Shown piece by piece: positions 59,404 through 64,000 of a DNA stretch of 64,000 nucleotides (positions are counted from its first letter, which is position 1; each line of letters opens with the position of its first letter). The position numbers were made by a program, and so were the translations under genes. The stretch comes from Octopus sinensis (Eukaryota): positions 119,040,001 through 119,104,000 of the forward strand of contig NC_043002.1 in assembly GCF_006345805.1 (NCBI RefSeq). The letters run 5' to 3'. Under the pieces are notes generated by a model, which was not told the origin of the DNA, did not search any database, and saw only the letters and a program-made list of their open reading frames with translations.

Positions 59404-62400
59404 CACACCACCATCAACACAGAAGACGACAAGAGAAGCACACCAAGCTAATCCGTCATCAACCAAAAACCACTCGACACCTGAAAAATACCAACCTACC
59501 ATCAACAGCAAAACCCAAAGGAACAGAAAAACAAAGAAAACACACACAAACTGATCTCCCATCCCTTATACCGCACTCAACACACACAAACACTCAACAA
59601 CCAACAACAACGAAAACACAACACAACCACTTACACAGACATACATAGAAGCCCACAACATACCCCTACCCCCTTCTGATTCCTCAGAAATTTCGTCGGA
59701 AGACAAACCAGTGAGGAATGGCAAATAGCTACAAAAAGAAGGAAAATAAAGAGCAGAAACACAACCAAACCAAATGCAAACACGAACAAAGCAGGGGAAA
59801 TACATCTCCCGAAGACATTTCAAAACCCAACGCAAACAACAGCCACACCAACACCACAAAAACATATACAGCAACATGCTCACAGCCATAGACACCAAAA
59901 ACACAAATTTGATGGAATACATCCAATCAAAAACAACATAACAGAAGATGACATAAAAACAAACAACCACCCATACACAACACCACCAGACCACATCAAA
60001 ATAATACACATCTCCAAAAGTCTGCACCACACACTCAAAGGCATTTTCCCCAGTGCGGTTGGTAAATGCCAAAAATATCTCACAAAGAAACTGTACTGGG
60101 ATCTTCTCGAGGACAAACCAACGGAGGAGAAGCAAAAACTTTCGAGCAGTAAGTAACCCTCTGTATTCTAATTCATTAGAACTATGATCAAGATTGGTTG
60201 TGTAAATGCGCGTGGCTTGGGGTCCCCTTGGAAACAAGGTACCTCTTAAATGACATAAAGTCACATAAGTTAGAAATCATAGCCATAAGCGAGACCAGAC
60301 TCCACAATCCGCGGGCCCTAAAGACCATGTTTGGCGGACAGTTCACATTTATTTTTCCCCCTGTCTGCCGAGAATGGGCGGTAGTGGCACCGCGGTACTT
60401 TTTCACAAGAGTCTGGATCTCAATGTAAGGACAATATTCGTAGACCCGGAGGGTAGACTGGTCGTCCTGGATGTCGACGGCAGCAATGGGTGCGCTTTTC
60501 GGCTCGTATCAGTTTACGCACCGCCCTTAACAGGTCGGGCGGATTTCTTTCAACGTCTAGAAGTTTTCTTGGGAACGTCTCGTCCTTTACTCTTAGTGGG
60601 GGATTGGAATGCTACCTTGGACACGCATGTAGACTACGTGGGTAGAGATAGGAATAGACGGGGATGCAAATGCCTCAGAGACCTGCTCAGACGCTTTCAA
60701 CTGTCTGACAGGTTTCGACTAGACCACCCGAATGCGCCAACGTGGACATGGAGCAACCGCATCGGGTCGTCGAGATCGTATCTAGATAGGATACTGTGTA
60801 GGACAGTAGATAGAGATAGCATAGGATGTCCACAATTCCACATAGTCAGCTACACGGATCACAAACTTGTGACATGTACGCTAGACTTAGGTAAGACACT
60901 TAGGCAGGGTCCCGGATACTGGAAACTAAACGCGTCTTTCCCATCGAGACAAGTTTTCAGAGACCGGATTAGCACACTAGTAAAGAGGGCTTTGACGGGA
61001 GCCATCATCAACAACAAATGGTGGTTTGCCCTCAAGAGAGCAGTAAAAGCAGAAGCGATTAGGTACAGCAAAGCACTAGCCATAGATAGAAATAGAGTAG
61101 AGGGTGAGCTAGTTAAGAAGCTAGAAGCAATTAGAAGCGGCATCGCATCCGACGACGTTTTGGCGGCGAGGTTGGCCCTCGACCAACACTTCAACGCCAA
61201 CACGAAGGATGTGCTGTCAGAGCTAGGATGCGTGCTCTAAGGAACGAAGGTGTTGGAGCCGCGAGAGAGGCCCGGTGGCAGAGGCGCAACAGGGCAACAA
61301 AGCCACCATTCGGTCACTGGTAGATGAACAGGGGCGCGAATTGCTCGAGCCAAGTAAAATGTGTGAGGCCTTTCAGCAGCATTTTGCCCGACTGTTCGGA
61401 ACGAGTGGAGGGCAAGAACGTAGGGTGGACTTCAGTGCCTACCTACATAGCCTACCACGACTCTCGACAAGAAAGGCAGGGTGCTGCGAAGGTGCCATCA
61501 CGGCGGCGGAAGTGCGGGAAGCGATGGCAGAATGCTCGAGGGACAAATCACCGGGTTTGGATGGTCTACCCTACGAGCTTTACAATTGTATGCCAGACTT
61601 GTTTGGAGATCTCTTGGCGGCGGTGTACTGCAACTGGCAGCAAAACGGGAGCATTCCTGGTTTTGTGAGCCGAGGAGCCGTAACACTGCTGAAGAAAGAT
61701 CTAAACAAGGGAAATGTAATAGATAACTTTAGGCCCATCACTCTGCTTAATGCAGACTTGAAAATTTTGGCCAAGGTGCTAGCCAAGAGGTTGGCGCTTG
61801 TCATCGAGAAACTGGTCGACAAGGCGCAAACATGCGCCGTGCCAGGCCGGACCATCCATGACAACCTCCATCTGATGCGCTACATCATAGACAGGGTAGT
61901 TAACGAACCTGGCATGGGTGGGGCCCTGATCAACTTGGATCAATCAAAAGCCTTTGATAGGGTAGACCATCGATACTTGGAGGCAGTCCTGAGAGCGGCT
62001 GGTTTCGGTCCCGTCTTCCGCGGCTGGATAGCTGCCTTGTACAGAGGCATCCGTTCGGTAATTCGCGTAAATGGACATCTATCGAGACCTTTCGACATTG
62101 CACGTTCGGTCCGTCAGGGATGCCCCCTCTCGGCGCTTCTATACGTATTGACTCTTGAGCCACTACTGCGGAAGCTGGCGACTCTAAGGGGCATCCCGCG
62201 AGAATTGGGATGCGGGACGAGCGTGTCTGCATACGCGGACGACGTCACCGTCATAGTGTCTAGCCACGAGCACATCGAGCTGGTCGGCGAGACACTGAAA
62301 AACTACGAAGCGGTGACAGGAGCGAAAATCAACCGGGAAAAGTCAGTGGGCTTGCGACTAGGCACCTGGAGAAGCAAGCCCATGCCGTCCACCAGCGCCT

Positions 62401-64000
62401 CCGTCGTGGGACGCTGGACCGACGGCCCGGTTGAGTTGCTCGGGGTCTGGTTTGGTCCGGACCTCCAAGTGGAGAAGAACTGGAACGAGATAACGAGTAG
62501 GGTGGTCACTCTCGCCCGGCAATGGGCCGAGAGGAAACTGTCCCTAAAAGGTCGAGCGGAGGTGGCGAACACGTACATCGCGTCCGTCATCTACTACCGC
62601 CTGACCGTCGTACCTTGTCCCGACCCTACCATCACCAAACTACAACGCATCCTCTTTCGCTTCTTGTGGAAAGGATGCGTCCCGATGGTCAGGCGATCCA
62701 TTTGCTGTCAACACCCGTTAAAAGGAGGGCTGGGCATGCCGTGGTTGATGATGCGCAGACACGCGCTGAGACTGCGACATCTCTGGCTCTATGTAGACGA
62801 CGGTGAACAGGTGTGGTCGCCGTTTGTGAGGCACGCTTTCCCGCAGCTCGTCTCCATGACCGAACTGCAGTCGTGGATCAAAAAGAGGCCGAGGAAGGGC
62901 GAATGGCACCGCGAGTGTCGCGTTGCTCTCAAGCAACTCTGCCGTCCTGGGTCGACCTTAAGTGACTTCAACACAACCAAAGCATTCTATAGGGTTTAGT
63001 GGAGGGGAGGTACGACGACGAGCTCGGGGCGAACCTGGACGTCGACGAGGAGTACCTGACCCGCCTGTTCGGGACGACTTTCGGGCCAGGGCCCATGGAC
63101 AACTTCCAGAGATCCCTGGCCTGGCAGTGCTACCGAGAAGCGCTACCCGTTCGGGATAAGCTCTACAGACACGGCTCGAGAAACACGGGGCCGACCTGCC
63201 CGAGATGCGGTCAGAGCGACGAAACCGTTCTGCACGCACTCGTTCAGTGTCCAACAATTTCCGACCTGTGGGCTTATGTCGAACAACTGCTGTCACGTGT
63301 GGGACGAGTCGGTTTATCAGCTGAGTCTATCGTCAATATTGTCACGCCTCCTTCCTTCAAACGGGAAGGAAGAGCTATTTTTCATCCTTGTGGCTATGGC
63401 GAAAGAATGTATCTGGTGGACGCGTCTGAAAGGATTGGAGACAAACACTTTCCTCTCTGGTCAATCTCTCATCAACTTCTTCAAGTACCACTTGAAAAGG
63501 AAAGTGAGAGTAGAGAGGCAAGTTTTGTCTAGCGAATGTTTTAAAAAAAGATGGGTGAATGTAGCAAGAATGGCACGTATGAATGACGAAGCCACCTTGA
63601 GCATAGTCCTATGAACCCAGAAATCGAAAACAGAGAGTTGCTTATTTGCAAAAAAAAAAAAAAAAAAAAAAGAAATATAAAATGTGACTTCATTGACCGA
63701 GGTTACCGTGGTCTTTTCCGCAGGCTTTTCTTTCCACGGGTAAACCTCACCTGTCCTCCCCTTTACACTTCATATTGACATTTCTGTGATAACGATCCCT
63801 ATTGATCATTTTTTTTCCTCTCCCCCCCCCCTTTTTTTTTTTTAACCCACCCTTTTTTTGTCCTCTTTCTCTCCTTTTACGATCCCTTTTGATCGAACCT
63901 CCCCCTTCCCTTTTTTTTTTTTTTTTTAATACCTTCAAAAGAAAAGCTCTACCTTGTATTTGTTCTATCTGTGTGCAGCCCTGTGTGGCTAATAAAGAAA
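59404..64000 (+). mobile_element. L1-superfamily, Tx1-like LINE (ORF1 C-terminus, ORF2, 3' UTR)
   Basis: ORF1 remnant ending near 60155, ORF2 60184-63614, pyrimidine-rich 3' UTR, AATAAA at 63991. Confidence 0.9.
60184..63614 (+). pseudogene. Tx1-like ORF2 (APE endonuclease, RT, CCHC) broken by frameshifts
   Basis: MIKIGCVNARGL, SETRL, VGDWN, YLDRI, TDHK; SPGLDGLP, NFRPITLLNADLKILAK, DQSKAFDRV, RQGCPLS, YADD; CPRCGQSDETVLHALVQC. Confidence 0.88.

Noticed and set aside
59566-60264. 232-aa minus-strand ORF
   Set aside because: Antisense shadow of the A/C-rich LINE ORF1.

Overview
AT-rich, repeat-dense animal genomic DNA, most likely octopus/cephalopod (inferred from the SINE and microsatellite content, not proven). 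The left half holds a minus-strand F-box DNA helicase 1 gene (FBH1/FBXO18). I reconstructed 12 coding exons by hand (33504 down to 1439, 2581 nt, all phases compatible, all GT-AG). They encode an F-box, Walker A (AFAGTGKS), Walker B (DEAQD), VGDPNQQIY and SFRFG; the gene runs off the left edge. Introns and upstream DNA contain several tRNA-derived SINE families, about 17 short copies of an RTE-LINE 3' end with 67-nt internal units, 10 non-autonomous Helitrons and two hAT MITEs. They also hold relics of RTE, CR1, Penelope, HERO-like, mariner and hAT elements. The right half has long microsatellites, a Dong/R4-like LINE inside (AAT)n and a long Tx1-like LINE abutting (ATCT)n. Best leads: Penelope-type hammerhead motifs, a young ~390-bp intronic inverted duplication, the structured 67-nt RTE unit, microsatellite-associated LINEs, and a Helitron tandem with a captured insert. 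Protein comparisons are from memory; no database search was run. Repeat boundaries are approximate unless a TSD or terminus is cited.
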